Source of the DNA: Marsupella aquatica
Lineage: Eukaryota > Plantae > Marchantiophyta
NCBI GenBank assembly: GCA_973895155.1
Contig: OZ316895.1
Span: 19,296,803 to 19,360,802, forward strand
Reading direction: 5' to 3'
Length of the DNA: 64,000 nucleotides
In this document: in pieces, positions 22,911-35,699 of the stretch
How the letters are laid out: the number at the start of each line of letters is the position of its first letter
Numbering within the stretch: position 1 is the stretch's first letter
The notes under the pieces: model-generated
Seen by the model: the letters and a program-made list of their open reading frames with translations, nothing else
Database searches by the model: none
Told to the model about the DNA's origin: nothing
Program-made: the position numbers and the translations under genes

Positions 22911-25900
22911 TGTGATGCCTTGCCAGGATCACAAAGTACTTAGTTAAGCCTAAAATAATGGCTAAATAAAGATTAGGTAGATAGAATAAGGGAGGAATAA
23001 GGATCGAAGCCGATTGCAACGTGTTCGGGGGAGATTGTGATAGGATAGGATCCAACGGTCGTGATTAAGTAGGATTAGGGTTATGACCTAATCTGGGCTT
23101 GATCAGGTAAGCCATCAGGAGGCGGCTTCATAGGGAGGGGACCGACACTCTATACACTTGCTCATTTGCTTGTTCGATCAACCTAGGGAGGTGGAAGCAG
23201 CTGCCGATCGATTGGGGGAGGTGGTTAGGGAATTGCTCAAGCTCTTTTCTCTTTCGTTGGAATGACCATGGTGAATCAAGCGGCCAAGTTTTGGGGTTGT
23301 TTGCTTGAAGAAGCACGACAGCTCATACCAACTTACGAAGACGTCGAGCCGGAACGAGCAGCAAGGGAACGGGCGGAGCTCGCGCGGTTATGGGGAATTC
23401 ATAAGACGGCTTTTGCGGGAATGGAAGAAGTCCTTGAGAAATTTGCATGGACTCCCACCAGTGCAGAGCTTGACAAATTGCTGATCCAACATAATCAAGT
23501 CGTTGGAATTTGGGAGGTGATTAAGAACGCTGGGCAGCCGGTGTGGGAGTTGAAGGGTTACACTTCAGCTTGGAGCAAGGAAGCCATTCTTGGAGAGTTC
23601 TCAGGAACGGAGGAGATGAAGCGTAAGGGTAGTTCGGCATCTGCAACACCAGCTAAGCGGAACCGGTCGGAGAGGCAGGCTAAGGCTGAAGCCATGCCAG
23701 TTCGTGATAGGGCAGTAGAGGATAAGTTTATGGCGGGTTGGGCGGATAGGCTACCTGCCGACTTACAACTGCAGTTTGCATGAGAAGAAGATGAGGTCTT
23801 CTGTGCTATCCAGGATAACAAGTATTCGGGATACATGAACAACACCGGCTTAGAGGGATTCATCCGATTACCATGGCAGTTAAAAGAGATACCAGATGAG
23901 GATCTGTTGGACTTTGTGGGATGCTGGGAGGCTTCTTCCAACACGACGCTACTGTATGGAAAGGTGTTCAAACTAACACCTGCGCTTATCGAAGCCGTCT
24001 TCGCTTTACCAATAGGAAGGAAGACTAAGGTGGAGAAAAGGAAGACGTTGCCGGATGACCAGTTTAGGTCATTTCCACTAAGAATGGGTTCTTCGGGAAT
24101 CAATGTACAAACCCGCATATAGGGCAGCTGATTGATTTCCTGAGAGTCACGTTGCATTGTACCTTGCCAAGAGCAGAATTCGGCAAAGCCCAGGTATTTT
24201 TGGTGAAGAATATCGATTCAAGCTGAGACTACAACGACTATCTCTTAATGCAGTTGAAGAAGGCATTGAATGAAGAGAAGCAGAGCATTGGGGAAGGAGC
24301 GGTATCCAGATTAGGGTACCATCTGCGATTACTTTGCTGATATGCAAGAAGCCAGTCTTTTCCACCAGTGTTGCCTATACAGGAGCAGATGCCGATCACT
24401 GCACCACTTGAGGAGGTGGCGGAGGACGAGCAGCCCCTGAACAAGCGACGGCAAGAGAAGAGGTTGGCAATACAGGCAGTCCAGGGATAGGAGAATTCCC
24501 CTCTCAAGGAACCAGAGGTGGTAACATATGACGTGGTGAGAAATCCGCTGCAACGGCCTACTTGTAATAGCCCATACGCAGGTATTCAACTGGTAGAGAG
24601 GAAGATGACTGCCGAAGAAAGAAACAAGATAAGCAAATGGATTCAGAGTTAGAAGATGGAAGCCGAGGCCGAAGTCCGGAGAGGCCAGTCCTTAGAGCTT
24701 ATAACTGGGCCCAAGTGGAGGAACCGATGGAGGTAAATCAACCAGTGGCAGCCCAACAATACTCAGAGGAGGAGATTGGGGGCTTTGCAGAAGAGGCCGA
24801 CATGCTCGGTAGTCAGGTTAATGTGGATGACTACGACAATGATTCTGTCGATCATGGGGAGAGACCGGTGCCGGGAGTGAGAACGTTGGGAAGGTTTTGT
24901 GGAAGACTTCCCTCAGTCTTTTATGGCAAGCCGGAGGATCATAAAACCCCAAAGTCTCCTCCACCGGACGTGACACCATTGGAATTTGACCAAATGAAGG
25001 AAGTCAAGGCAGGTCTGAAGGAGAAACTCGACGAGTGGAGGGCCCAAAATGACATGCAGGAACGGCAGCTACCAGGCGGTGATTGGCCGAAGGAAATAAG
25101 ATGGCTTAGTGAGAAGCAGGCCGAACCTCTCACTGACTTTGATCAATTACGAGCAGAAGCCTGGGGGAAACGGCCTTGTTGGCAGATGCCAGTATCACTT
25201 GGCAGATGCCAGTATCACTTGGCAGATCAAAATATGCCAGGGATCGGGCTAGGGAGTATGGAGACATGTGTGGACTGCTAGCCTTAGAAATCTTCGGCAA
25301 TTAGTTAGAATCCGGACCATTTCTTAGAAAGGAAATGGCTGACCAAACAAGGTTGGAGGAGGCAATGACGTTGGAGCGATTAAAGAAAGAAGAGGTAATC
25401 GCTCGGCTTCGCTCCATGGAAGCCAAAGTTGCTAAGACGAAGTCTGATCAACCAACTCAGTAGGATCTCCTAAGCAGCAGGAATTAGAAGTGGCGAACAA
25501 CCAATTGGAAAACTACCAATTGGATAACCAGCAGATCAAGGAAAAATTGACGAAGGTAGAGCTGGAGTTAGCCGATTCAAAAGCATAAGTACAGGGTCTA
25601 AATTTCCAAGTCGAGAAGCTCAGAAAGACGGCTAAGGATTAGGCCACCCAGAGCGAGAAGGCCTTGGCAGAAGCCCAAAGGAAGTATGACAAGTTATTCG
25701 ACCCGGTTGGAGGTCATGCGTGAGAAGCATGATGACGCCATTTTCACAACGGCCAATGATCACCTAAGCCGAGTCCAATAGATACGCAAGGAGCTTCAGG
25801 AGGAGCTAATCAGGATAAAGCAGACATGGACGGACGAGGTCACAAAGCTGGAAAGCATCAACGATTCCCAAAGAGCCGCTTTGGATAAGCAAGAGTTTGA

Positions 25901-27489
25901 GATTGTGCAGATCTTAAACGAGGAGCTCAAGACAGCCAAAGAGGAGGCGCATCGGCTTAATGAGGAGGTTGAGGATTTATCCCAAGAGCTAGAGGAGGCC
26001 AAAGACAAGATGATCGGCTTGCAGAGGCATGCGGATAATCAAACAAAGAAGTTGCAAAAGTATGCCGAAGCCGGGCACGGATCACCAACTGGACGGTCTG
26101 GGAATACTGAGGTGCCGAAGCCGACATCTATATTGTCAAGAGTAACAGGGGGTAAGGCAATGCAATTGGTTGCGGATCTGGCCAAAACATTCATGGGGCC
26201 AGCAGGTACTTCTAGGGTACCTCTTAAAGCCACGCCAGAAGAGGTCAAGAGTATGGCCGCCCACATTTGTGGGACTGTTGCTACAAAGGCAGCCGTGGTA
26301 GAGATAAGTAATGCCAATGAACTTGGAGCTGTGGTAACAGGTTCAGACACCGGTACAGCCACCATGGACTACCAGAATGTGAAGCCATGGAAGATCGATA
26401 CAAAATGTATTGGAGAGCAGGCTTGGATTGAGGAAGTGAAGGCCAACGCTATCCAAGCCGTTTCCCAGGAGGATGCCGATGCCGGGGCCGACAAACCAGA
26501 ACCCGAAGTTGAGGAGGCTGAAGGGATCAAGCCGGAGCCGATGGCAGGAGAAGGCATAGAGTCGGAAGATTCGGGCTTACCCCCGGTCATCTGACAATTA
26601 AGGAGGGCCAGTCATTGGTTGGAAGGAGGACGTGGCGGTAGGAGAAGGGCTTGGGCCAGAAGGGCGCGGCCTTTGTAGGATGGGACAGGGCAAGTAGCGC
26701 CCTGTCGGCTTAGGTAGTATTAGATGCTTGGTTCCCACAGGGTTCCGGGCTAGTCAAGTTTTTTAGGTGATAGTCTTTTAATTAGATTATCGCGGTGGAA
26801 GGCCGTGAGTTGTGGTTAGGATTTTCGCCTTTTCCCTTGAATGCGCTACAAGGATAAAAACCTGGGCAGCGTGGCTCGGGGGGCTTTTTCTTAGTCAAGA
26901 CTCTAGTGTAAGTCAGTATTGCTAGCATACAGCTCTCGGCTAAATCTAGACTGCGGATTATTAGTAAACCACAAATTCCCATTTCTGTGCAATTGTTTGA
27001 ATTGAGTTGGCTTTGTTGCCTAGTTCGTAGATTCTTGCAATCATGGCGTTGTGTGTGGTGATACTTGTCGCTTGATTGATTTAAGTCAGTTAGAGCGATA
27101 CTGTGAAGCTATACGATCGCATTGTCTTGATTGGAGACTGCCAAACCAACTCTGAGAGAAAAGTGAGGATTGAGAGTGTTTTATTGGTAAAAATGTGGGT
27201 TGAGTCGGTCTGAGAAAAACCTTCAGCTGGCTTAAGAGATTAAGCCGTAGAGGTACATTTCGGGGGCGGAATACAAACATACCCGACAAAGTCAATTGAG
27301 AATTAGATGTCACAGCAATGCACAATTTGCAAGCCTAGTGAAAGAATTGATCCAGCATACTGTGGATCGAGAGTAGATCGCGTTTCCAAGCCGAATGGTA
27401 GCCAAACCACCATAAGCCGACCATAAGTAGGGGTTTATAGCAGGTGGCGGATGGTTCTTGGGGTTAGAGGTGTTGGGAAATGCGCCACA
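22911..27489 (+). mobile_element. 4.6-kb TG...CA insertion (giant solo-LTR-like) with 5-bp TSD AAAGG, inside the Copia RNase H
   Basis: AAAGG at 22906-22910 and 27490-27494; termini TGTGATGC...GCGCCACA. Removing it restores NPADAF-TKVIP. Confidence 0.92.
23262..26594 (+). pseudogene. Accessory protein of the giant LTR-like element (conserved core plus long coiled coil), with stops and frameshifts
   Basis: YMNNTGLEGFIRLPW...LLDFV...LYGKVFKLTPALIEAVFALP aligns by eye with the core of 4488-5855; coiled-coil region ~25350-26060. Confidence 0.65.
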
Positions 27490-27494
27490 AAAGG

Positions 27495-30400
27495 CATCAG
27501 CGGGATTCACTCAATCTTGACTAGCTCAAAAGTTTTATCAGACATTGCTTGCCTTATAAAATGGTACCTGATATCAATCTGCTTCACCCTGCTATCCATC
27601 ACCTGGTTAGCAGCCAAGTGAAGAGCACTCTGACTATCATAGTTTAGAGTCATTTTGTCATGCTCTAAACCCATCTCCGCGATCAACTTGTCCAACCAAA
27701 TTGCTTCCTTTGTTGCTTCTGCTGCTGCAACATACTCTGCTTCTGTAGTAGACTAAGATATACACTTCTGCAAGGTAGATTTCCAACTGATAAACCTCCT
27801 CCAAGAGTAAATATAAATCCAGTTGTAGACCTCCTTGTGTCCAGACAGCCTCCATAGTCAGAATCTACATAGCCAACTAACGTTCTATCTGATCTCGCAT
27901 CAAATAGTAATGCATAGTCCTGTGTTCCCTTCAGATACCTAAGAATCCACTTCACAGCTTCCCAATGTACCTTCCCTAGATTTGACATGAATCTGCTAAC
28001 CTTGCCCATCGCTAGGGCCAGGTCAGACCTAGTACAAGTCATCAAATATATCAGACTGTCTACTGCCCTTTCATAAGGAATCTTAGCCATCAGACCTTTC
28101 TCCACAGCATCCGTAGGAGAGAAAGCCGATGATAACTTGAAATGTGAAGCTAAAGGAATACTCACTGGCTTACAGTTCTCCATGTTGAATCGTGCAAGTA
28201 CTTTCCTCCCATACTGGCCTTGACTCAAGCACAATTGTCCAGGGTCAGAGTTCCTAAAAATCTCCATCCCTAAGATTCTCTTGGCCTTACCAAGATCCTT
28301 CATCCTGAATTCAGCACTCAATTTCGCCTTGAGACTGTCAACCTCAGATTAATCTTTAGCCACAATCAGCATGTCATCCACATAGATCACCAGAATGATG
28401 AAACCAAATACATCATTTTTGACTGATTTCGTATACACACAAGGATCATACACCATCCTTGTAAACCTTGAGCAAACATGAAATCATCAAACCGCTTGTT
28501 CCACCGTCTGGGAGACTGCTTCAATCCATACAAGGACTTGAGCAATTTGCAAACTAAGTTTTCTTGGCCCTTCTTCATAAAGCCTAGTGGTTGTCTCATA
28601 AAGATCATCTCTTCCAAGTTGCCATAGAGAAAAGTAGTAACAACATCCATCTGATCCATCACTAGACCAAAAAACATAACAAGCTGACACAAGATCCGAA
28701 TTGTGGAATACTTAGCCACCGGTGAAAATACCTCATTGTAGTCCACTCCTTTCTCCTTAGTGAACCCCTTGTAGATCTTATCTCCACCGTCTGAAGGACT
28801 GTCCTTCAACTTGTAAATCCACTTGCTGTCCACCACTTGCTGACCTCTTGGAAGCTCTACGAGCTCCCATGTCTTGTTGTCACTCAAAGATTGCAGCTCC
28901 CTCTACATTGCTGCATTCCACTCATGCTTCTGCTTTGAAGCACAAGCCTCACTATATGAAGAAGGTTCTCCTTCTTCCAGGATCAAAGCCATATCATCTT
29001 CATCAGGTGCAATGTCAATATCATCTAGCTTAGATGAGTCTGCCCATTGACCATACCTGGTAGGAGCTCTAGTAGAACGACTGGAAGTTCTTCTAGTAGA
29101 TGACTCAGGCTAATCTGCTGTTGCTACTGGCTGAATTTGAGGTACCCCAGCAACAATCTGCTCCTCTTGTTTCATCACAGGAACCAGCTCCAACCCCGGA
29201 GCTTCTCCATCTCTCCTGTCATGAATAGCATCATGACTAATCTTCCCCTCAACCCGATCAGGGATGGGAGATTTCCCCTTGTCAGAATGAGAGTCCTAAG
29301 AACTCTTCCCCTCCTTTGATGATCTGGATTCATTAAAGGACATATCTCTACTGACAATTAATTTACAGGTTACTGGATCCCATAACCTATAACCCTTCAC
29401 ACCTTTCTGATAGCCAAGGAAAATGCACTTCTTCGATTTGGACTCCAGCTTGGATTGAAGCTAGAAAGGTGTAAGCACATAAGCATCACTTCCAAAAATT
29501 CTCAGATGTGAGTAATCTGTTGGACACCCGTACCTCATTTCAAATGGCGTCTTGAATCCAATAGAACTGGATGGAGAAAAATTTACCAAATAAGCTGTAG
29601 TGTTTACAGCTTTAGCCCAAAACTCATGTGGTAAGCATGATTGACTCAACATACTCCTCGAGCGGTCCAATAGTGTTTGATTGAGTCTCTCAGAAACATC
29701 ATTCTGCTGAGGAGTATAACTTGTTGGGAGATGGCGGGTAATCCCTTGCTCCTTACAATACATTCCAAATTCCCCGGAACTGTATTCATCGTCGGTATCC
29801 GATCGAAGATATCTCACCTTACTACCAGTCTGATTCTCTACTTGGGCTTTCCACTCCTTAAAAGTGGCAAAAACATCAGAGTTACTGTGTAGAAAGTATA
29901 TCCACACATACCTTGAGTAATCGTCAATGAACGTGACATAGTATAACCATCCAGAATGTGAGGGAGTACGGGCTGGACCCCACACATCATTATGTACATA
30001 CTCAAGTACCTCCTTGCTAGTGTGAGTTCTAACTCCAAAGGGTTTCCTATGCTGCTTCCCAAGCACACAATGCTCACAGAATTCCAACTTACAAGATTTC
30101 AAATTAGAAAGTAATCCTTTATTCTGAAGAATAACCAAACCTTTTTCACTCATGTGACCCAAACGGAAGTGCCACAGCCGGGCCGTCTCCTCATGAGATA
30201 AGGTTACATTGGCTTCATCACAGACTACACTGCCCTTCAAAACGTATAGATTGTTATGTCTCTTTCCCTTCAATACAACTTTAGTACCAGTTGAAATCTG
30301 AAGGACACCATTAGCTGAACTCCACTGATGGCTATTTGCTTATAAAACTCCAAGTGAAATGAGATTTTTCATCATGCTGGGGAATATATTTCACATTTCT

Positions 30401-31476
30401 CAACGTTCTTACTGCATCATCAAACATCTGAAATCTTATAGATCCAAGTTCAACTACTTGACATGGGATTCCATTTCCCATCAACACTGACCCGTTGGAA
30501 ACTGTGTAAGAACTGAAAAAATCTCTCCTAGAGCAAATGTGAAAAGTACATGCGCTATCTAGAATCCAGTCATCACTACCTGGATTTGACACTACGTTGA
30601 GAGCATAACCTTGCATCACAATATGTCATCATCATCAAGTAAATCTACCTCATGCGAGCTTGATGTCGTGTTAGCAGATGCAGTAGGGACCTTTACTCGA
30701 CAATCCCTTTTCATGTGGCCAGGCTTGCCACAATTCCAACATGCAAGAGGCTTCCTCTTTTGCAATTTCCCTCTGGATTTAGATCTCCCCCGTGATGTAG
30801 ATCTAAACTTATTCTGCCCATTTGTGCGCTGCGCTGGTCTTCCCTAGTTCACATTCAACGTAGTGTCAGAAGAAGATGCTGTCTGTGATTGACCTAGCTT
30901 CTTCTGAGCATCATCAGACAATAAAGAGCTCACCACCTCATTATACGAAATAGACTTCAAATCTTTGTACAAGAGCACCTGTTTCAAGCCCTGATATGAC
31001 GACGGTAAGGAGCTTAGCAAAAATAAGGCCTTATCCTCATCTTCAACTCCTTTTCCCAGATTTGATAGATCTACCGCTAGACTGTCAAACTCATCCAGGT
31101 GATTCTGCAGCTTGCTTGCTTCCTTGAGCCTGAGGCTCATCAAGAGAGACTTCTTGTACAGCCGGTCTGATGCATCTTCCCGGTAGTACTTCTCTCTAAG
31201 GGCGTTGAAGAGTGATGCACAGTCGTCATAATCATCCAGCTTCTTGATGATATGCGGCTTGAGATAAAGCATCACTGCATTGACAACAATCACCTACTCT
31301 TGTCTCCACTACTTCTCAGAAAACTCCTCCTCTCCATCATACTGCTCTCGCAAAGAAAGTAGATGAGCTAAGCCCATGGCTTGTAGAACACCCTTCACTT
31401 GCTTCTCCCACAACAAGTAATCAGTACGACCATCATACTTCTCCACCTCAAACTTCACTCCTCCAAATCTAGCCAT
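27495..31476 (-). pseudogene. Copia gag-pol pseudogene
   Basis: KFEVEKYDG (gag), zinc knuckle, WILDS (PR), LWHFRLGHMS/CEHC/DVWGP/ERLN (INT), YGLKQSPR (RT), GYVDSD (RH). Confidence 0.93.
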
Positions 31477-33197
31477 CTCCCTCTTCTTCCCCACTACTGA
31501 TAGCTCTGGTAGTAGTACAGCCTCCTCCACTGCATGCCGCACCAGTGATCATACCGATATCACAAGTTCCTCCTCAAACGATAGCAGCTCCTCCTTAGAC
31601 TCTCTATCTGACCGTTGCCATCTTGAAGCTCCATCGACGCCAATTCTTCCAGTATCCTCCGAGTCACTCATATGAAACAATCACGAAAAAACATCTTTTT
31701 TTGAAACTTCTCATAAAACTCAAAACTCAACACCGTCGCGTAGACCACGAAGCTAGGAGTCCAATACTGAAAGCCGAAATCAAAATCAAAATTTGACGGA
31801 AAAGTTATTCAAATTTTGGTCGGGGTGGGTAAAATCTTGGGCAACTCCCCCGTTTTGACCACCTCCGAGAATAACCAAAATACCTAGTACAACCCGTCAT
31901 CAAAATCACGATGTGATCAGTGCGTCGCGTTGCTAACTCTAGTGGCAACGTCCTCCCTGAAAAAGAAACAAAAAAGTTACCGTTTGGCGAACAGAATCTT
32001 CGTCGGATGGCCAAAAAATAGCTCTCTATTTTTTGGGAATATTCCCGCACAGTTTGACAGGTCTCATAGGGGGTCGTTCCCCCTGTCCAAGCGGTTAAAA
32101 CGGAGGGTCACAAGGCCCGAGATGCGGCACAACCAATGAAGAGGAGGAGAAAAAAAATTCAGAAAAAAACACTTTAAAGGGGTCTTAAAGCCCCTGGAAA
32201 AAGTGCACGTATTCGTGACCACGCGCGCATATTCACGGCCAGAATCGCGTATAAACTGCAAACAATGTGAAAAAAATGGGGTTTAAAGGGGTCAAGATGC
32301 GCATATTTGCGCGTATAAGGGCCGTATAAGGGCATTTTGGGCCGTATTTTCACCAGATAAAGCACATTTTTGCACTTAAAAGGGTGTGGGAGGTTGGGGC
32401 ACGCACCGAGGTGTATGGCAAAGTAGGTTTGTCAGGATTTGAAGGTATACAGACCGTATGGGGGCAAAAAAATGCCCTAAACTAACCTTAAAATGTGCCA
32501 AAAAATGACACAAAGGCCGTGTCACAAACCTCAGCTACCTCCGCTTCGGTTTCCAATGAGAAAAGTGATGACCCCCGACATGAAAATATTGTCGAATTGC
32601 ACTAGCATGTCTACAGCTCCACCAAAGAAGAAAAAACCTCCGCCTCATCTTACTCTCTCCGCGTCAAGAGCCAATTCCGGACTCAAAACGATCGCCTCAC
32701 CATGATCTCTCGGTTGAGCCTCAGCACTTTGCGTTTTTTCCTCTGAGTCAAGCGTCACGACGAGTAATCCGGTTCAGGAAAAACATGCACCATAGCTTGT
32801 CAAAAAACCAGAACTCAACTTTCACTCGTCACGACGCACTCGCTCCACAAATGCCAGCAAACCAGGTACCAAAATGACCAGCTCGCTTCAACCTTCAACT
32901 TGAGCTATAACATGCGACGCCTCCTACACCGCACAGCTCACACCATTGAAAAAACAATCTTTGGTCTCTCCCCCAAAATACTATCGAACACGAATAAACC
33001 CTGAATGATGCAAACTTCAATTCCTCTGCACCACGGATACCGATCAACGAGTTTTAACCACCGTTAGAAAGCCCTCTCACTAACCTATCCGCTCAGCCAC
33101 ACACATTCAAGTTTCATGCGACAAAACTCTGAATGTACCATCGACAATGAACGCTGGAAAAACCTGTCACAAAAAAACCTCGTCACCTCCCAGGCAT

Positions 33198-33209
33198 GCT
33201 CTGATACCA
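33198..33209 (-). promoter_or_regulatory. Primer binding site complementary to tRNA-iMet
   Basis: TGGTATCAGAGC on the minus strand, 2 nt from the 5' LTR. Confidence 0.95.
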
Positions 33210-33211
33210 CT

Positions 33212-33555
33212 TGTTGAGCATAGATGACATTCACAACGGCAAGCCCATGAACCATCCAACACACAATAGTCGACACAGATAGATACGTGGTTCACCTCCA
33301 CATGAGGCTACGTCCACGGGAACACACAAGAGCTTTACTGTACTCTAGGCCGACCGGCCATACCAAGCATCTATAGCACAAGCTCTCCCTATCTCTCAAC
33401 TAGCTCCGTAACAATGAGCCTAAGTTCCACCAGGGTCTGGCATCAACCCTAGCTATATGCACAACAACACTACCGCTAAAATTAGCTAAGTTCTAACCCA
33501 AGTTAGATTAACTATGGTTAGCTCATGAGTCACAAGACTAGAGCAATATCTAACA
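33212..33555 (-). repeat. Copia 5' LTR
   Basis: TGTTGAGC...TCTAACA, followed by TSD CATCT. Confidence 0.95.
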
Positions 33556-35489
33556 CATCTGTCAAGAAATCCCACAACCCTTCCTTGCCACCAAAAGCAC
33601 CACACCTATGTCCATTCACAATATTTCTCAGAAATAGTCTTAAATCTTTCCTATCATGGGCTACTCCTAATAAATCTTCTAGCTTCTTTTGCTTAACACT
33701 CAGGGCACAAATGTTTTGAGCCTGTTGTGCCAACAGCCAACATTGTTTCCTAAAGCAAGTAGTGTGGTTACCAACATGTTCCCTCGGTTTGGTTTTGGTC
33801 AAATATGCCAACCTCATTCCACCTTGTGTAGTCTTGTCTCCTCTCTACACTAATGCTTCCGCTTCCTTGTGCACCCTGCCACAAAAATCATCTTCATGTT
33901 TTATAGAATCACATAGAGTGCAAGTGAGGTTTTGGAAACCACCTCCATTAATGGACACCCTGTGACATTGCTTGTGCCTAAACCAACCCTATATACCAAC
34001 ACCTAACTAGCTAGTTACATTGAAAACCTCAGCACAGGTTGTACGGTCACAGTCCCAAACACTTCCTCCCTCTTGATCGTCAAGTATGCCCCTCATAGTC
34101 ATAGAATCCCCTACCTTTTGACCTCTGACTCCCGTAGGCCCCAACAAAGCAAACTTAAACTTGGCTCAACCGAAGAATACAACCCACCTCTACCTGAACT
34201 ACTCCCTGCAACAAAGCTGTCCTCTCTAAAGAAATTCAAAATAGAATTTTGAGGCGGAAACAGATCACGAGCATCAAGCTTCCTTGGTCTCCCCTTCTTC
34301 CCTGCCCTCAGTGCAGCTTGGGTACTGGTGACAACATTCTCAAGTGCATCCATCCCGACTGATGAGGTGTTGTCTTAAATTGTGTTCCAAATTGGATTTC
34401 TTAGGGCACATGTCAGTATGTAGCTTGCCATAGACTGTACATGTCTATGTGCAAATGTTGGATCAGTGGGAGATGGTGTGATAGAGAACAATTCTACCAC
34501 CCCACCTACCTTTACATTCAACTTTCCCACTATTTCCACACCAGCCCCTATTTGCATACTATGATCAAACAATGGTTGTTGTATAGTGTCAGCAGCCGTC
34601 ACCAAAGCTCTAGGTAAACCCCTTCGCTTACACCAGTTCTCCTTGTGTTTAGGGTTGGTCAGGTGCTTTGTCTTGGAATTGCTAAAGCAATTTGTGATGG
34701 ACTTGAGCACCTGTGAATTGGCTGCATTCCCATAAGCCTCCCTACACTTCTAAGCATTCTAGATGACCTCGACACTCCCCTCCCTCATTGATCCCACGTC
34801 CACACTCTCCACTTGTGCTCACCAAAGCCCTTCTGGTTTACCCAGGATTGTAGCTTCAACTACTCATCATACCAGGTCTTTGATGCAGCCTCAGACATGA
34901 GGTGAGACTCAAAGGAGCCTGAGACAGGCTGTACAACAGCCTATACTGGCACCCCTTGTGTTTGTCCTTGAGACAATGGAGGCATGCTTGCCACATTGGA
35001 CATAGTGGCAGCAGATGAATGAGAGGAACCAATATAGTGACCCTCTTAGTAGGCAAGGCAAGTGAGGGTAACCCTGCAAACACGTAAATTGTCCCTTGCA
35101 GTTTAGTCACCCCGACAATCTTCTCTGAAAAGCGCCGGACTCAACCAGGCAACCTCTTATCCCAAAAATCAAAGTCAAACTCTATTGCACCAACACATTT
35201 GGTACAAAAATCTGCCAGAGTCTGCCCTTCTTTGAAGGACATGACACAGATTGGCGTATCAGGCTTTCCTCCCTCCACACCCTTTTCTACCAATCTAACA
35301 GAGCTCATGCCTAGCTTTGCCATGATGGATAGTTATACAGGTTGTGAAAATAAGGGACAGGGATTAGGTAGATGAACCTATCATACAACAATGGACAGAC
35401 ATGGAAAAAGATCAGGACTCATTTCAACCATTCACAATGTACGTTCCTAATTCAATCACCTGAACACTCAATCCATTGTAGTGAATGAA

Positions 35490-35585
35490 ACTTACTTAAG
35501 TCTATTTTGTTCAACCAGATACTTAAGTCCATTTCATTCAACCAAATACTTAAGTCCATAGCATTCAACCAAATACTTATTAAGT
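35490..35585. repeat. Short tandem array (~26-29 bp)
   Basis: ACTTAAGTC(C/T)AT...TTCAACCA(G/A)AT repeated 3-4 times. Confidence 0.7.
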
Positions 35586-35699
35586 TCATATAATTTAGGT
35601 TGTCTTCTGGGTCCACTACAAAAAAGGTTGAAGTTATAAATCACTATATTCATTAAAACTGAAATTATAAAGGATATAGGGAAATTGGGTTGGGAATAA

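Larger units (their letters stand above)
22293..33555 (-). mobile_element. Full-length (decayed) Ty1/Copia LTR retrotransposon, TSD CATCT
   Basis: Paired LTRs 22293-22633 and 33212-33555; TSD CATCT at 22288-22292 and 33556-33560; PBS; PPT; gag-PR-INT-RT-RH order. Confidence 0.96.
18986..35323 (-). pseudogene. P-element/THAP9-like DDE transposase pseudogene, split by the Copia insertion (coding pieces ~35323-33561 and ~22292-18986)
   Basis: Reading continues across the Copia site (LWDFLTD|VAKNL). Motifs AEDETRIK, LGHASDGD, DQDPPHNGKK(AVN), DRQN, GTMIYL and LGSNCCEIF match the P-superfamily layout D...SDG...DxxHxxK...E. Confidence 0.62.

Noticed and set aside
23558-24157. 199-aa minus-strand ORF
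   Set aside because: Antisense to the conserved + strand accessory ORF.
27229-27283. Hammerhead or twister ribozyme identity for the conserved hairpin motif
   Set aside because: No conserved CUGAnGA/GAAA core or twister consensus could be matched by eye across the copies; kept only as an unclassified structure.
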